From Phenylobacterium sp. (GTDB lineage Bacteria > Pseudomonadota > Alphaproteobacteria > Caulobacterales > Caulobacteraceae), in assembly GCF_046291545.1 (NCBI RefSeq), contig NZ_JBKBSM010000001.1, positions 102,900-166,899 of the forward strand: a stretch of DNA of 64,000 nucleotides, written 5' to 3'. Made by a program: the position numbers and the translations under genes. The notes beneath the pieces were generated by a model that saw only the letters and a program-made list of their open reading frames with translations, ran no database searches and was not told where the DNA came from. This document shows, piece after piece, positions 53,814-64,000 of this stretch. Position 1 is the stretch's first letter; the number at the start of each line of letters is the position of its first letter.

Positions 53814-54728
53814 GTGACCGACAACCCCCAGGAGCAGGGCTGGGCGACCGCCAAGACGCTCGCGGAGTCCCTGCCGTACATCCAGATCTATGACCGCGAG
53901 ACCGTGGTCATCAAATACGGCGGCCACGCCATGGGCGAGGAGTCGGTGGCCAAGCTGTTCGCCGCCGACGTGGTGCTGCTGAAGATGCTGGGCGTCCATC
54001 CGGTGGTGGTGCACGGCGGCGGGCCGCAGATCTCGGCCATGCTGGACAAGGCGGGTGTGAAATCGACCTTCGTCGACGGCCTGCGGGTGACAGACGCGGC
54101 CACCATGGAGGTCGCCGAGATGGTGCTGTCCGGCGCCATCAACAAGGAGATCGCCAACTGGATCACCCTGGCCGGGGCCGAGGCCGACGTGCGCGGCGTG
54201 GGCCTGTCGGGCAAGGACGCGCGGCTGATCACCGTGGAAAAGGCCCGGCGCACCAAGAAGGACCCGGACAGCCAGATCGAGCAGGTGGTGGACCTGGGCT
54301 TCGTCGGCGAGCCGACGCGGATCGATCCCAAGCTGCTCGAAGCCCTGATCTACGCCGACGAGGACTACATCCCCGTGGTCGCGCCGATCGGCGTGTCGAT
54401 CGAGGGCGAGACCTACAACATCAACGCCGACACCGTGGCCGGCGCCCTGGCCGGGGCGCTTAACGCCAAGCGCATGCTGCTGCTGACCGACGTGGCCGGC
54501 GTGCTCGACAAGAACGGCGAGCTGATCCGCCAGATGACCGTGGCCGAGGCGCGCGAGGCGATCGCGTCCGGCGTCGCCACCGGCGGCATGATTCCCAAGC
54601 TGGAGACTGCGATCGCGGCCGTTGAGAGCGGGGTTCAGGCCGTGGTGATCCTGGACGGCCGGCGGCCGCACGCGATGTTGGTCGAACTGTTCACCGAGCA
54701 TGGCGCCGGCACGATGATCCGCCCATGA
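53814..54728 (+). CDS. argB: Acetylglutamate kinase
   Basis: [36 protein letters not shown]. Confidence 0.96.
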   Translation: MTDNPQEQGWATAKTLAESLPYIQIYDRETVVIKYGGHAMGEESVAKLFAADVVLLKMLGVHPVVVHGGGPQISAMLDKAGVKSTFVDGLRVTDAATMEVAEMVLSGAINKEIANWITLAGAEADVRGVGLSGKDARLITVEKARRTKKDPDSQIEQVVDLGFVGEPTRIDPKLLEALIYADEDYIPVVAPIGVSIEGETYNINADTVAGALAGALNAKRMLLLTDVAGVLDKNGELIRQMTVAEAREAIASGVATGGMIPKLETAIAAVESGVQAVVILDGRRPHAMLVELFTEHGAGTMIRP

Positions 54729-55390
54729 CAATCGATCTGCGGCACGTCGACACCTGGCTCTTCGACCTGGACAACACGCTCTACCCCGCGGAGACCGGCT
54801 TCATGCGCCAGGTCGAGGCGCGGATGACCGAGTTCGTGATCCGGGTCACCGGCCTGGCGCGCCCAGAGGCCTACGCCCTGCAAAAGAAGTACCTGGCCGA
54901 GCACGGACTGACCCTGGGCGGACTGATCGCCCACCACGGCGTCGATCCGGCCGACTTCCACGCCATGTTCCACGACCTGTCGCTGGACGCCCTGGCGCAT
55001 GATCCGGAGCTGGTGGCGGGGCTCGAGCGCCTGCCGGGGCGGCGGCTGATCTTCACCAACGCCGACGCGATCCATGCGGAGCGGGTGATGGCGCACCTGG
55101 GCCTGTCGCACCTGTTCGACGAGGTGTTCCACATCCACTCCTTCGGATTTGCGCCCAAGCCCTCGGCCGAAGGCTTCGAGCGGATGGTCGCCGAGCACGG
55201 GGTCGATCCCGCGGCCACCGCCTTCTTCGAGGATTCCGAGCGCAACCTGGCGCCGGCCGCCGGCCTGGGCATGACCACCGTGCTGGTCGGGGCCCATGCG
55301 CCCGGCTCCGCCGCCCCCTTCGTCCACCACAAGACCGAGAAGCTCGCGCCGTTCCTGGCGAGCGCGAGCCTGAAGGAAACCGCCCGATGA
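54725..55390 (+). CDS. Pyrimidine 5'-nucleotidase (HAD)
   Basis: [25 protein letters not shown]. Confidence 0.9.
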   Translation: MTIDLRHVDTWLFDLDNTLYPAETGFMRQVEARMTEFVIRVTGLARPEAYALQKKYLAEHGLTLGGLIAHHGVDPADFHAMFHDLSLDALAHDPELVAGLERLPGRRLIFTNADAIHAERVMAHLGLSHLFDEVFHIHSFGFAPKPSAEGFERMVAEHGVDPAATAFFEDSERNLAPAAGLGMTTVLVGAHAPGSAAPFVHHKTEKLAPFLASASLKETAR

Positions 55391-56226
55391 CCGCGATCAC
55401 CCTCGACGACCTGAAGACCGAGATCGAAGCCGCCTGGGAGGCCCGGGACGGCGTCTCCACCGCCACCACCGGCCCCGTCCGCACCGCCGTCGAGGAAACC
55501 CTGCGCCTGCTCGACCAAGGCAAGCTGCGGGTGGCCGAGCGCCAGGCCGACGGCCAGTGGCTGGTCCATCAGTGGGCCAAGCAGGCGATCCTGCTGTCCT
55601 TCCGCCTGAACCCCAACAGCGTGATGCACGCCGGCGCGCCGGGCCCCTACTGGGACAAGGTCCCGACCAAGTTCGAGGGGTGGGGCGCGCCGCAGTTCGA
55701 GGAAGCCGGCTTTCGCGCCGTGCCGGGCTGCGTGGTGCGCCGGGGCAGCTTCGTGGCCCGCAACGTCGTGCTGATGCCCTCGTTCGTGAACATCGGCGCC
55801 TATGTCGACGAAGGCACGATGGTCGACACCTGGGCGACGGTCGGCTCCTGCGCGCAGATCGGCAAGAACGTGCACCTGTCTGGCGGCGTCGGCATCGGCG
55901 GGGTCCTGGAGCCGCTGCAGGCCAATCCGACGATCATCGAGGACAACTGCTTCATCGGCGCCCGCTCGGAGGTCGCCGAAGGCGTGATCGTGCGCGAGGG
56001 CTCGGTGCTGTCGATGGGCGTCTACCTGACCTCCACCACGCCGATCATCGACCGCAAGACCGGCGCGGTCACCACCGGCGAGGTGCCGCCCTACTCGGTG
56101 GTGATGTCCGGCTCGCGCCCGAGCCCGCACGAGGGCATGCCGTCCACCTATTGCGCGGTGATCATGAAGACGGTGGACGCGCGGACCCGCTCCAAGACCA
56201 GCATCAACGAGCTGCTTCGCGACTGA
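55387..56226 (+). CDS. dapD: Tetrahydrodipicolinate N-succinyltransferase
   Basis: [19 protein letters not shown], hexapeptide repeats, [16 protein letters not shown]. Confidence 0.97.
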   Translation: MTAITLDDLKTEIEAAWEARDGVSTATTGPVRTAVEETLRLLDQGKLRVAERQADGQWLVHQWAKQAILLSFRLNPNSVMHAGAPGPYWDKVPTKFEGWGAPQFEEAGFRAVPGCVVRRGSFVARNVVLMPSFVNIGAYVDEGTMVDTWATVGSCAQIGKNVHLSGGVGIGGVLEPLQANPTIIEDNCFIGARSEVAEGVIVREGSVLSMGVYLTSTTPIIDRKTGAVTTGEVPPYSVVMSGSRPSPHEGMPSTYCAVIMKTVDARTRSKTSINELLRD

Positions 56227-56251
56227 CGCGCACACCCCGCAACCGGAACAC

Positions 56252-56283
56252 GAGCCCGGCGCGACCCCGCGCCGGGCTCTTTG
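56252..56283 (+). terminator. Intrinsic terminator after dapD
   Basis: Perfect 12-bp stem GAGCCCGGCGCG/CGCGCCGGGCTC followed by TTTG. Confidence 0.7.
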
Positions 56284-56501
56284 CGATTCGTCCTTAAGTC
56301 CACAGGAAAGGCGCCCCGCAGACGCCTGGTCCACCCATTTTGGGCGAAGGGCGGCTTCTCGCGCCACGAGTGTGCGGATAGAATAATTTCAGTCAGGACA
56401 CGATTAAGCCGCACTATAGGAAGATAAATCTTTCGCAGCGCGGCGATGCTGAAAATAAATAACAAAGGAAAACAAAAGCATCAAATCCGTGTCTACTGTG
56501 G

Positions 56502-56516
56502 TTAATTGGGCGTTAA
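56502..56516. promoter_or_regulatory. Perfect CtrA box TTAA-TTGGGCG-TTAA
   Basis: Exact TTAA-N7-TTAA in an AT-rich promoter, 17 bp upstream of ATG 56534. Confidence 0.7.
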
Positions 56517-56533
56517 TTGGCAAGATCCGGCAC

Positions 56534-57028
56534 ATGCTTCCTGCACACATCCCCAACGACGAACCGAACTCCCGGCAGGAGCGCGCCAGCGCCAACAGTG
56601 GTCGCGCAATAGACGCCGCGTCCGAGCCGGTCCCCGGCTATCTGGATCAGGACGTTTCGCGCTTCTTCTACCGCTGGGGCGGCCATCTCTCCGCGACGCT
56701 GGTGCGGGTGCGCTCGCGCTTCGACGGGGACCTGGACCAGTACCTGCTGTACCTGGTCTTCCTGCTGTCGGAGCTGCAGCAGACCATCGCCGCCGGCGGC
56801 CAGGACCGGAGCTTTGCGCCTCGCCGCGGGCTCAACGCCCTGAGCCTGTCGGACATCACCCAGATCCCGCGGGAGACCGCCCGGCGCAAGCTGCTGGCGC
56901 TGGCCGACCGGGGCTTCCTGGTGCGCGACGACCAGGGGCTGTTCGTGCTGGGCGACCGCTACGGCCTGGACGACTTCTTTCGCGACCTGAAGCCGCTGTT
57001 CTGGGACGCCGTGCGGGTCGAGCGCTGA
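56534..57028 (+). CDS. Uncharacterised winged-helix DNA-binding protein
   Basis: NALSLSDITQIPRETARRKLLALADRGFL wHTH; N-terminal FDGDLDQYL region. Confidence 0.78.
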   Translation: MLPAHIPNDEPNSRQERASANSGRAIDAASEPVPGYLDQDVSRFFYRWGGHLSATLVRVRSRFDGDLDQYLLYLVFLLSELQQTIAAGGQDRSFAPRRGLNALSLSDITQIPRETARRKLLALADRGFLVRDDQGLFVLGDRYGLDDFFRDLKPLFWDAVRVER

Positions 57029-57089
57029 GGCGGAGCTCCTCTTGCGGACGGGGCCTGGAGCCGCCTTGTCCGCGAACGTGGGAGATGAG

Positions 57090-57114
57090 CGGACGCGCCG
57101 GCCCGGCGCGTCCG
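57090..57114. terminator. Hairpin between convergent genes
   Basis: CGGACGCGCCG-GCC-CGGCGCGTCCG, 11-bp stem. Confidence 0.5.
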
Positions 57115-57118
57115 TTCC

Positions 57119-57739
57119 TCATTCCACCTCGTCCATCCAGCGCCAGAGCTCGCCGACCGACAGGGCGCGCAGGGCCGCGTCTTCGGAAGGCGGCGGCGCG
57201 AGGCCGGCCTGCGCCAGGCAGTCGGCCAGGCTGAGCGGGGCGCCGCGGTCGACCCGCAGGCCCCTGGTGTGCGCCACGCGCTGGAAGCGCCGCCACGCGC
57301 ACTCGACCCCGCCCGCGGCCGCCAGCCCCGCCGGCGGCAGGAGGCCGGCCTGCAGCACCCGGTGGAAGGTCACCAGCCGGGCGCCGCGGCAGATCCGGCT
57401 CACAAGCTCGTCCACGGCCCCCGCCTCCATCGGCTCGACGGCGAGGTCGTGCGGCGGCGTGGCCAGGACCAGGGCCACCGGGCTCGGCGAGCGGGCGAAG
57501 ACGCTGGCGGCCACATTGCCGCGGTCGTCGGCGAAGGCGTACTGCAGGACGTGCTCGCGGGCGCTGGCGGCGACCGAGCGCACAGCGAAGTAGAGCCGGT
57601 CGCCGGCGCACGGCCTGGGCGGGCGCCTGGCGAAGCGGCCGAGCCGGCCCTCCCGCGGCGGCGTGGGGCGGCCCAGGGCGAAGGCGATCCGCTCGGCGGA
57701 GGGCCTGGCGGCCCCAAGACCCAGACGAGAGAAGATCAT
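57119..57739 (-). CDS. Hypothetical protein with a degenerate DEDDh 3'-5' exonuclease-like pattern
   Basis: Pattern LYFAVRS / VLQYAFADDRGNV / LVTFH / SLADCL / ALSVGELW; ATG 57739; fold assignment by eye only. Confidence 0.6.
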   Translation of the reverse strand: MIFSRLGLGAARPSAERIAFALGRPTPPREGRLGRFARRPPRPCAGDRLYFAVRSVAASAREHVLQYAFADDRGNVAASVFARSPSPVALVLATPPHDLAVEPMEAGAVDELVSRICRGARLVTFHRVLQAGLLPPAGLAAAGGVECAWRRFQRVAHTRGLRVDRGAPLSLADCLAQAGLAPPPSEDAALRALSVGELWRWMDEVE

Positions 57740-57868
57740 CGGACAGCTCCTGACGACAGGCTCCTGTGATCGTTCCTCGACCTCAGATTGTCGATGAACT
57801 GGGGCCTCAGTCTGGGGCGATCGGGACGCCCCATTGCCGCGGCCGGCGCCGGGAGCTACCAGCAGGCC

Positions 57869-59023
57869 ATGACCGCGCTCGACCCCGTCCTCCTCACCCA
57901 GGACCTGATCCGCCGCCCCTCCGTCACCCCGGCTGACGCCGGCGCCATGGACGTGCTGCAGGCCGCCCTCTCCGGCCTCGGCTTCACCTGCCGGCGGATG
58001 CGGTTCGGCGAGATCGAGAACCTCTACGCCCGCTACGGGACGGCGCGGCCGAACCTCTGCTTCGCCGGCCATACGGACGTGGTGCCGGTGGGCGACGCCG
58101 GCGCCTGGAGCCGCGACGCCTTCGCCGCCGACATCGTCGACGAGGTGCTGATCGGCCGGGGGGCCGTGGACATGAAGAGCGCCCTGGCCGCCTTCGCCGC
58201 GGCGGCCGCCAAGGCGATCGCGTCCGGCCAGGCGAAGGGCTCGATCTCCTTCCTGATCACCGGCGACGAGGAGGGCGTGGCCACCCACGGCACCAAGAAG
58301 GTGGTCGAGGCGCTGATGGCCGAGGGCGAGATCATCGACCACTGCGTGGTGGGCGAGCCGACCAGCGCCGAGAGCTTCGGCGACATGATCAAGATCGGCC
58401 GGCGCGGCTCGATCAACGTCGAGATCCGCGTCGAGGGCGTCCAGGGCCACGTCGCCTATCCGCACCGCGCCGCCAACCCGGTGCCGGTGCTGATCCGGCT
58501 GCTGGAGCGCCTGCAGAGCCGCGTGCTCGACGAGGGCTACACCGACTTCCAGCCTTCGAACCTGGAGGTCACGACGATCGACGTGGGCAATCCGACGACC
58601 AACCTGATCCCGGGGCTGGCCACGGCCCGTCTGAACATCCGCTTCAACCCGGCGCACACGGGCGCCGAGCTGGCCGACTGGATCCGGCGGGAGGCGGACG
58701 CCGCCGCCGAGGGCTTTCCCGGGCGCATCGAGCTGAAGCCGGCCATCAGCGGCGAGGCCTTCCTGACCGAGCAGGGCCCGTTCACCGAGTTGGTCGCGGC
58801 CGCGGTGCGCGACGTGACGGGACGCGAGCCGGAGCTCTCCACCAGCGGCGGCACCTCCGACGCCCGCTTCATCCGGGCCATGTGCCCGGTGGTGGAGCTG
58901 GGCTTGGTGGGCAAGACCATGCACTCGGTGGACGAGCGCGCGCCGGTGGCCGAGATCCGCCAGCTGCAGGCGGTCTACGAACGCCTGATCGCCCGGTACT
59001 TCGAGACCTTCGCGCCGGCCTGA
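57869..59023 (+). CDS. dapE: Succinyl-diaminopimelate desuccinylase
   Basis: FAGHTDVVP, GRGAVDMK, GDEEG, GRRGS, GHVAYPH, STSGGTSDARF. Confidence 0.96.
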   Translation: MTALDPVLLTQDLIRRPSVTPADAGAMDVLQAALSGLGFTCRRMRFGEIENLYARYGTARPNLCFAGHTDVVPVGDAGAWSRDAFAADIVDEVLIGRGAVDMKSALAAFAAAAAKAIASGQAKGSISFLITGDEEGVATHGTKKVVEALMAEGEIIDHCVVGEPTSAESFGDMIKIGRRGSINVEIRVEGVQGHVAYPHRAANPVPVLIRLLERLQSRVLDEGYTDFQPSNLEVTTIDVGNPTTNLIPGLATARLNIRFNPAHTGAELADWIRREADAAAEGFPGRIELKPAISGEAFLTEQGPFTELVAAAVRDVTGREPELSTSGGTSDARFIRAMCPVVELGLVGKTMHSVDERAPVAEIRQLQAVYERLIARYFETFAPA

Positions 59024-59032
59024 GGCGCCGCC

Positions 59033-59770
59033 TCAGTAGCGCACGCCGGTCAGATAGAGCCCCTCGGCGGGGGCGACCGGGCCGCAGGCCCTGCGGTCGC
59101 GCGCATCGAGCGCGGCCTTGAGGTCCTCGGCGCTCCAGCGGCCGACGCCGACCTCCGCCAGGCTGCCGGTCATGGAGCGGACCTGGCGGTGCAGGAAGGA
59201 ACGCGAGGCGAACTCCAGCAGCACGTAATCGCCCTCGCGGCGCACGGCGGCGAGGTCGAGGGTCTTCATCGGCGTCTTGGCCTGGCACTGCAGGTCGCGG
59301 AAGGTGGTGAAGTCGTGGTGGCCGACCAGCGCCTGGGCGGCGGCGTGCATCGCCTCGGCGTCCAGCGGCTTCTTGACGTGCCAGACGCGCCCCTGGTCCA
59401 GAGCCGGCGGGCTCTTGCGGTTGAGGATTCGGTAGAGGTAGCGCCGCTCCTTGGCGGAGAAGCGCGCGTGCCAGTCGCCGCCGGGGACGTCGACCGCAAG
59501 CACGCTGATCGGCTCGGGCACGAGGTGCGCGTTCATGGCGTCGCGCACCACCTCGCACTTCCAGTCCCGCTCCAGGTCGATGTGCACCACCTGGCCGGTG
59601 GCGTGGACGCCGGTGTCGGTGCGGCCGGCGGCCTGCAGGCGCAGAGCCTGGCCGCTGAAGCCCTTCACCGCGCGCTCGAGAGAGGCCTGGACGGAGGGCA
59701 GGTCGCCCTGGGCCTGGAAGCCCTTGTAGGGCGCGCCGTCGTACTCGACGACCAGCCTGTAGCGCGGCAT
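59033..59770 (-). CDS. truA: tRNA pseudouridine(38-40) synthase
   Basis: EYDG, AAGRTDTGVHA, HDFTTFR, FLHRQVR, GLYL. Confidence 0.97.
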   Translation of the reverse strand: MPRYRLVVEYDGAPYKGFQAQGDLPSVQASLERAVKGFSGQALRLQAAGRTDTGVHATGQVVHIDLERDWKCEVVRDAMNAHLVPEPISVLAVDVPGGDWHARFSAKERRYLYRILNRKSPPALDQGRVWHVKKPLDAEAMHAAAQALVGHHDFTTFRDLQCQAKTPMKTLDLAAVRREGDYVLLEFASRSFLHRQVRSMTGSLAEVGVGRWSAEDLKAALDARDRRACGPVAPAEGLYLTGVRY

Positions 59771-60699
59771 CAGCCGAGCCTCGCGCCGCGCTTCAGCGGA
59801 AAGCCGCGCAGGAACACCTCGGCGTCCTGAGGCCCCTTGCCCTCGCGCTGCACGCGCAGCAGCCGCACCGCAGCGTCGCCGCAGGCCACCAGCAGCTCGT
59901 CGTCCAGGAGCTCGCCCGGCGCGCCCTCGGCCCCTGGCTCGAAGCGGCTGAGCAGGGCCTTCACGCGCACCGGCCCCTTGTCGCTGGGGGCCTCGAACCA
60001 GGCGCCGGGGAACGGGGACAGTCCGCGGATCTTGCAGTCCACCACCTCGCCCGGGCGCTCCCAGTCGATGCGGGCTTCGCGGCCGCGGATCTTCTTGGCG
60101 TAGGTCACGCCCTCGGCCAACTGCGGCGTCTCCTTCGCCTCCCCCCGGGCCACGGCGGCCAGGGTGTCCGCCAGGAGCTCCGCGCCAGCGGCGGCCATGC
60201 GGTCGTGCAGCGACCCGGCGGTGTCGAGCGGTCCGATGCGCAAGGTGGCGGTGGCCAGCACCGGCCCCTCGTCCAGCCCCTCGGTCATGCGCATGACCTG
60301 CACGCCGGTGACAGGATCGCCGGCCATGATGGCGCGCTGGATGGGCGCGGCGCCCCGCCAGCGCGGCAGAAGCGAGCCGTGCAGGTTGAACGAGCCCAGG
60401 CGGGGCGCCTCCAGCACCTCGGCCGGCAGGATCTGGCCGAAGGCGACGACGGCGGCCGCGTCCAGCCCCAGGGCCTTGAAGGCCGCGATCTCCACCGGGT
60501 CCCGCATCGAGGCCGGGGTGCGCACGACAAGGCCGTGGGCCTCGGCGAAGGCGTGCACCGGCGAAGGCTTCAGGACCTGGCCGCGGCCGCGGGGGGCCGG
60601 CGGCTGCGAATAGACGCAGGCGATGTCGTGACCGGCCTGCACCAATCGGGCGAGGGCCGCCACGGCGAAGTCGGGGGTTCCCAGGAACGCGAGACGCAT
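59770..60699 (-). CDS. fmt: Methionyl-tRNA formyltransferase
   Basis: [28 protein letters not shown]. Confidence 0.97.
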   Translation of the reverse strand: MRLAFLGTPDFAVAALARLVQAGHDIACVYSQPPAPRGRGQVLKPSPVHAFAEAHGLVVRTPASMRDPVEIAAFKALGLDAAAVVAFGQILPAEVLEAPRLGSFNLHGSLLPRWRGAAPIQRAIMAGDPVTGVQVMRMTEGLDEGPVLATATLRIGPLDTAGSLHDRMAAAGAELLADTLAAVARGEAKETPQLAEGVTYAKKIRGREARIDWERPGEVVDCKIRGLSPFPGAWFEAPSDKGPVRVKALLSRFEPGAEGAPGELLDDELLVACGDAAVRLLRVQREGKGPQDAEVFLRGFPLKRGARLG

Positions 60700-60784
60700 G
60701 CCGGCGGTTTATCCCTTCCCGCCGCCGGCGGGAACCAGGACCGAGCTTGACCGTTGAAGCTCCCGGGAAAGGGAGCACTCCATC

Positions 60785-61081
60785 ATGCGCAACATCCTGA
60801 TCGTTTCCGCCGCGGCGCTCGGCCTGGGCCTCGCCGCCTGCAGCCAGTCCGAACAGGCCGAGGTGAAGGCCGACACCAACGAAATGGCGGCCGACGCCGG
60901 CCAGGCGATCGAGGAAGCCGCCGACGCCACCCGGGAAGCGGCCTCCGACGCGGTCGACGCCACCAAGGACGCGGCCGAAGAAGCCGGCGACGCCATGTCC
61001 GCGGCGGGTTCGGAGATCAAGGAAGGCGCGACGGACGCCAAGGATGCGACCGCCGACGCCGTGGACGGCGACAACCGCTAA
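60785..61081 (+). CDS. Small acidic Ala-rich lipoprotein
   Basis: Lipobox LAAC followed by repetitive A/D/E helix. Confidence 0.8.
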   Translation: MRNILIVSAAALGLGLAACSQSEQAEVKADTNEMAADAGQAIEEAADATREAASDAVDATKDAAEEAGDAMSAAGSEIKEGATDAKDATADAVDGDNR

Positions 61082-61121
61082 GCTGGCCGGCCCGGCTCGC
61101 GAGCCGGTCGCCTCAGCCCAG

Positions 61122-61631
61122 TCAGGCCGCCTTGACCTGCTTGCGGACCTTCTTGACCGCCTGCTCGCGCTTCAGCCGCGACAGATAGTCGATGAACAGG
61201 ACCCCCTCGAGGTGGTCCATCTCATGCTGGATGCAGACGGCGTAGAGGCCCTCGGCGTCCTCCTCCACCAGTTCGCCCTGATAGTTGAGGTAGCGCAGGC
61301 GCACCCGCGCCGGCCGCTCCACCTCGTCATAGATTTCGGGCACCGACAGGCAGCCTTCCTCGTAGGGCGCCGTCTCCTCGGACTTCCAGAGGATCTCCGG
61401 ATTGACGAAATAGCGGGGCTGCTTGTCCTCGTCCGGCCGCGCCAGGTCCATGACGATCACGCGTTTGGGCACGCCGATCTGGATCGCCGCCAGCCCTATG
61501 CCCGGCGCGGCGTACATGGTCTCCAGCATGTCGTCCATCAGGGCGCGCAGCTCGTCGTCCACCTGCGCCACGGGCAGGGAGGTCTGCTTCAGCACCGGAT
61601 TGGGAACGGTGAGGATCTCGCGAATGGCCAT
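61122..61631 (-). CDS. def: Peptide deformylase
   Basis: [20 protein letters not shown]. Confidence 0.98.
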   Translation of the reverse strand: MAIREILTVPNPVLKQTSLPVAQVDDELRALMDDMLETMYAAPGIGLAAIQIGVPKRVIVMDLARPDEDKQPRYFVNPEILWKSEETAPYEEGCLSVPEIYDEVERPARVRLRYLNYQGELVEEDAEGLYAVCIQHEMDHLEGVLFIDYLSRLKREQAVKKVRKQVKAA

Positions 61632-61686
61632 GATCGGGAGGTAAGGGCCTCAATCCTGAGCGTCAAGGTGGGGCATGGCGCGGGGA

Positions 61687-62955
61687 CTATTCGCCGCCCG
61701 CCACGCGGAACTTCGGCGCCTCGGCCGGCGGCGCCAGCTTGCTGAGCGGACGCACGCCCGCCTCCACGGGCGCGAGTTCGGGCAGCTCGCGCCCCTCGTG
61801 GTCCACCTTGAGGTCCTCGAATCGGCGGGCCTGCGTCATCACCTGGGTCTCCAGGGAGCCGACGAAGGCGTTGTAGCGGCTGACCGCGGCCTCCAGGGCC
61901 TTGCCGACCGACGCGGCGTGACCGCCCATCACCGACAGGCGCTTGTAGAGCTCGCGGCCGAGCTTGGAGATCTCCTGGGCGTTCTTGGCCTGCTCCTCCA
62001 CCCGCCAGCCGTAGACCACCGCCTTGCACAGCGCGAAGAGCGTCGTGGGCGTCACCACCAGCACGCGCCGGTCCATGGCCTCGGTCATCAGGTCGGGGGC
62101 CCGCTCCAGGGCCGCGGCCAGGAAGCTGTCGCCGGGGATGAACATGGCCACGAAGTCGGGCGAGGCCTCGAACTGGTCCCAGTAGGCCTTGGCCGACAGG
62201 CTCTGGACATGGCTGCGCACGCTCTGGGCGTGGCGGGCGTAAGCCGCCTCGCGCGCCGCCTCGTCGGCGGCGTCCTGGGCGTCGAGGAAGGCGTTCAGCG
62301 AGCACTTGGCGTCGATCACGAACACGGCGCCGCCCGGCAGGCGCACCGTCACGTCGGGGCGGCGGCGGCCCTCCTCGGTGTCCAGCGAGAACTGCTCGTC
62401 GAAGTCGTAGCGGTGGGCCAGGCCCGCCGCCTCCAGCACGTTGCGCAGGGTCTGCTCGCCCCAGCGCCCCTGTACGCCGGCCCCGCGGCGCAGGGCGGCC
62501 GAGAGCTTGCGCGCCTCGTCCTGGGTGGCCGTGGAGGCGGCCAGGAGCTGGGCGATCTGGGCCTTCAGGCCGCCGGTCTCCTCGATGCGCGTCTTCTCGA
62601 CGGCCGCGACCTGTTCCTGGAACTTCATCAGGGTCTCGGCCACCGGCTTCAGCTGGGCCTCCAGGCGGGCCTGGGCAAGCTGCTCGCGGGTGCGGAAGGT
62701 CTCGTCGGCGCGCTTCAGCAGGTCCTCGGCCACGGCGTTGGCCGACTGGGCGGCCTGGGCGCGCAGGATCTGGGCCTGCTGCTCGCCCTGCTCCTCCAGC
62801 AGGCGCACCCGCGCCTCGGCGCTGGCGGCGCGGTCGGCGAGCTCCCAGGCGCGGGCGTCGGCCTGGGCGGCGCGGCGACGTTCCAGAAGCGCCCAGACCA
62901 GGGCGAGGAGGGCGACCACGCCGCAGGCGGCCGCGACGACGAGAGAGGCGTTCAT
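61687..62955 (-). CDS. rmuC: DNA recombination protein RmuC
   Basis: TM anchor, coiled coil, GRWGEQTL, RPDVTV.LP, IDAK, DFVAMFIP. Confidence 0.93.
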   Translation of the reverse strand: MNASLVVAAACGVVALLALVWALLERRRAAQADARAWELADRAASAEARVRLLEEQGEQQAQILRAQAAQSANAVAEDLLKRADETFRTREQLAQARLEAQLKPVAETLMKFQEQVAAVEKTRIEETGGLKAQIAQLLAASTATQDEARKLSAALRRGAGVQGRWGEQTLRNVLEAAGLAHRYDFDEQFSLDTEEGRRRPDVTVRLPGGAVFVIDAKCSLNAFLDAQDAADEAAREAAYARHAQSVRSHVQSLSAKAYWDQFEASPDFVAMFIPGDSFLAAALERAPDLMTEAMDRRVLVVTPTTLFALCKAVVYGWRVEEQAKNAQEISKLGRELYKRLSVMGGHAASVGKALEAAVSRYNAFVGSLETQVMTQARRFEDLKVDHEGRELPELAPVEAGVRPLSKLAPPAEAPKFRVAGGE

Positions 62956-63017
62956 GTTGCGTTCTTTAGCCGGAGTCGGGCGTCAGGGCCAGGGCGCCCC
63001 GCCCCGCCCCGCCGCCG

Positions 63018-63620
63018 TCAGGCCGGCCTGCGGGCGCGCAAGGCCTGGGCGATGGTGCCGTCGTCCAGCCAGTCGAGCTCGCCGCCTACCGGCACGCCGC
63101 GGGCCAGCATGGTGACGGCCACGCCGCTGGGGGCGAGCCGCTCGGCCAGGTAATGGGCCGTGGTCTGGCCGTCGACGGTGGCCGGAAGCGCCAGGATCAC
63201 CTCGCGCACGGCGCCGTCGGCGGCCCGGGCGGTCAGGGGGCCGATGCGCAGGGCTTCGGGTCCCACCCCGTCGAGCGCCGACAGGAGGCCGCCCAGCACG
63301 TGGTAGCGGCCGCGGAAGGCGCCGGCCCGCTCCATCGCCCACAGGGCGCCGACCTCCTCGACCACGCAGATCAGGGATGCGTCGCGCGTCCGATCGGCGC
63401 AGACGGCGCAGGGGTCCTGGGTGTCGAGGGAGCCGCAGACCGAGCAGGTCTTCACCCGCTCCGCCGCCTCGGCCAGGGCGGCGGCGAGGGGCGACAGCAG
63501 TTGTTCGCGCTTCTTCAGAAGGGCCAGGGCCGCGCGCCGGGCCGAACGGGGGCCCAGGCCCGGCAGCTTGGCCAGCAGGCTGATCAGGCGTTCGATTTCG
63601 GGTCCGGCGGACGCAGCCAA
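63018..63620 (-). CDS. recR: Recombination mediator RecR
   Basis: [10 protein letters not shown]4 zinc finger, YHVLGG, TOPRIM domain. Confidence 0.97.
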   Translation of the reverse strand: MAASAGPEIERLISLLAKLPGLGPRSARRAALALLKKREQLLSPLAAALAEAAERVKTCSVCGSLDTQDPCAVCADRTRDASLICVVEEVGALWAMERAGAFRGRYHVLGGLLSALDGVGPEALRIGPLTARAADGAVREVILALPATVDGQTTAHYLAERLAPSGVAVTMLARGVPVGGELDWLDDGTIAQALRARRPA

Positions 63621-63621
63621 G

Positions 63622-63945
63622 TTAGAACGGCATCCCCGGCAGCTTCATGCCCGCCAGCGGGCCGGCGGCCTCGCGCATCAGCTCGGCCTGCTTCTCGTCG
63701 AGCTTGCGCTTGGCGTCGGCATGGGCGGCGACGATCAGGTCGGACACCACCTCGCCCTCGCCGGGCGCCAGGAGGCTCTCGTCCAGCACCACGCCGGTCA
63801 GGGCGCCGGTTCCCTGCAGGGTGACCTTGACCATGCCGCCGCCGGAGGTGCCCTCCACGCTCAGCTCGGCCAGCCGCGCCTGGGCGTCGGCCAGTTTCTG
63901 CTGCATGGCCTGGGCCTGCTTCATCAGTGAGCCCAAATCCTTCAT
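63622..63945 (-). CDS. ybaB: YbaB/EbfC nucleoid-associated protein
   Basis: [18 protein letters not shown]; canonical position before recR. Confidence 0.93.
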   Translation of the reverse strand: MKDLGSLMKQAQAMQQKLADAQARLAELSVEGTSGGGMVKVTLQGTGALTGVVLDESLLAPGEGEVVSDLIVAAHADAKRKLDEKQAELMREAAGPLAGMKLPGMPF

Positions 63946-63951
63946 CGGCGA

Positions 63952-64000
63952 TCAGTCCTCGTCAGCTTCGGTTTCGGCGTCTTCCAGGGCCGGCGCCTCG
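63952..64000 (-). CDS. dnaX: 3' end of probable DNA polymerase III gamma/tau (partial)
   Basis: Frame ...EAPALEDAETEADED* ends 6 bp before ybaB; inferred only from the dnaX-ybaB-recR order. Confidence 0.55.
   Translation of the reverse strand, partial: EAPALEDAETEADED

Noticed and set aside
57740-58924. 601-aa minus ORF (57119-58924) as a single long protein
   Set aside because: Its N-terminal ~395 aa are antisense to dapE; only the part from ATG 57739 looks protein-like

Overview
This is a high-GC alphaproteobacterial chromosomal window. Gene order, CtrA-like boxes and a Fur-like box suggest Caulobacteraceae (Phenylobacterium/Caulobacter-like); this is inference. I saw no rRNA, tRNA, CRISPR array, integrase or transposase. 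Contents, left to right: (1) A GntR-linked ALDH-SDR-LeuB-like operon. (2) A ~16-kb uptake/catabolism module: alpha/beta hydrolase, omega-aminotransferase, TTC38-like TPR protein, M20 deacylase, a peptide ABC transporter with its binding protein fused to the permease, two DmpA/NylC-family hydrolases, a TonB-dependent receptor and an XRE-cupin (PuuR-like) regulator. Three copies of an 18-bp palindrome, TGCTCAA-N4-TTGAGCA, link its transcription units. (3) Orphan fliK-like/flhB-C-terminus genes, a hybrid kinase and a cytochrome c5 + Tat FAD-oxidase pair. (4) Two coupled paralogous unknown genes behind a Fur-type box. (5) ppc. (6) TetR, a CYP108-like P450 and a 59-aa rubredoxin missing from the ORF track, then haloalkane dehalogenase, MBL hydrolase and penicillin acylase. 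(7) A pilin-less Tad/Cpa operon. (8) Tat L-amino-acid oxidase + cytochrome c and a PAS hybrid kinase. (9) A 2OG-Fe(II) oxygenase divergent from a urea-carboxylase-region-type ABC transporter, with two matching inverted repeats between them. (10) Housekeeping argB-nucleotidase-dapD-[wHTH gene with a perfect CtrA box; degenerate exonuclease-like gene]-dapE, truA, fmt, def, rmuC, recR, ybaB and the 3' end of a probable dnaX. All family assignments come from recognising motifs by eye; no database searches were run.
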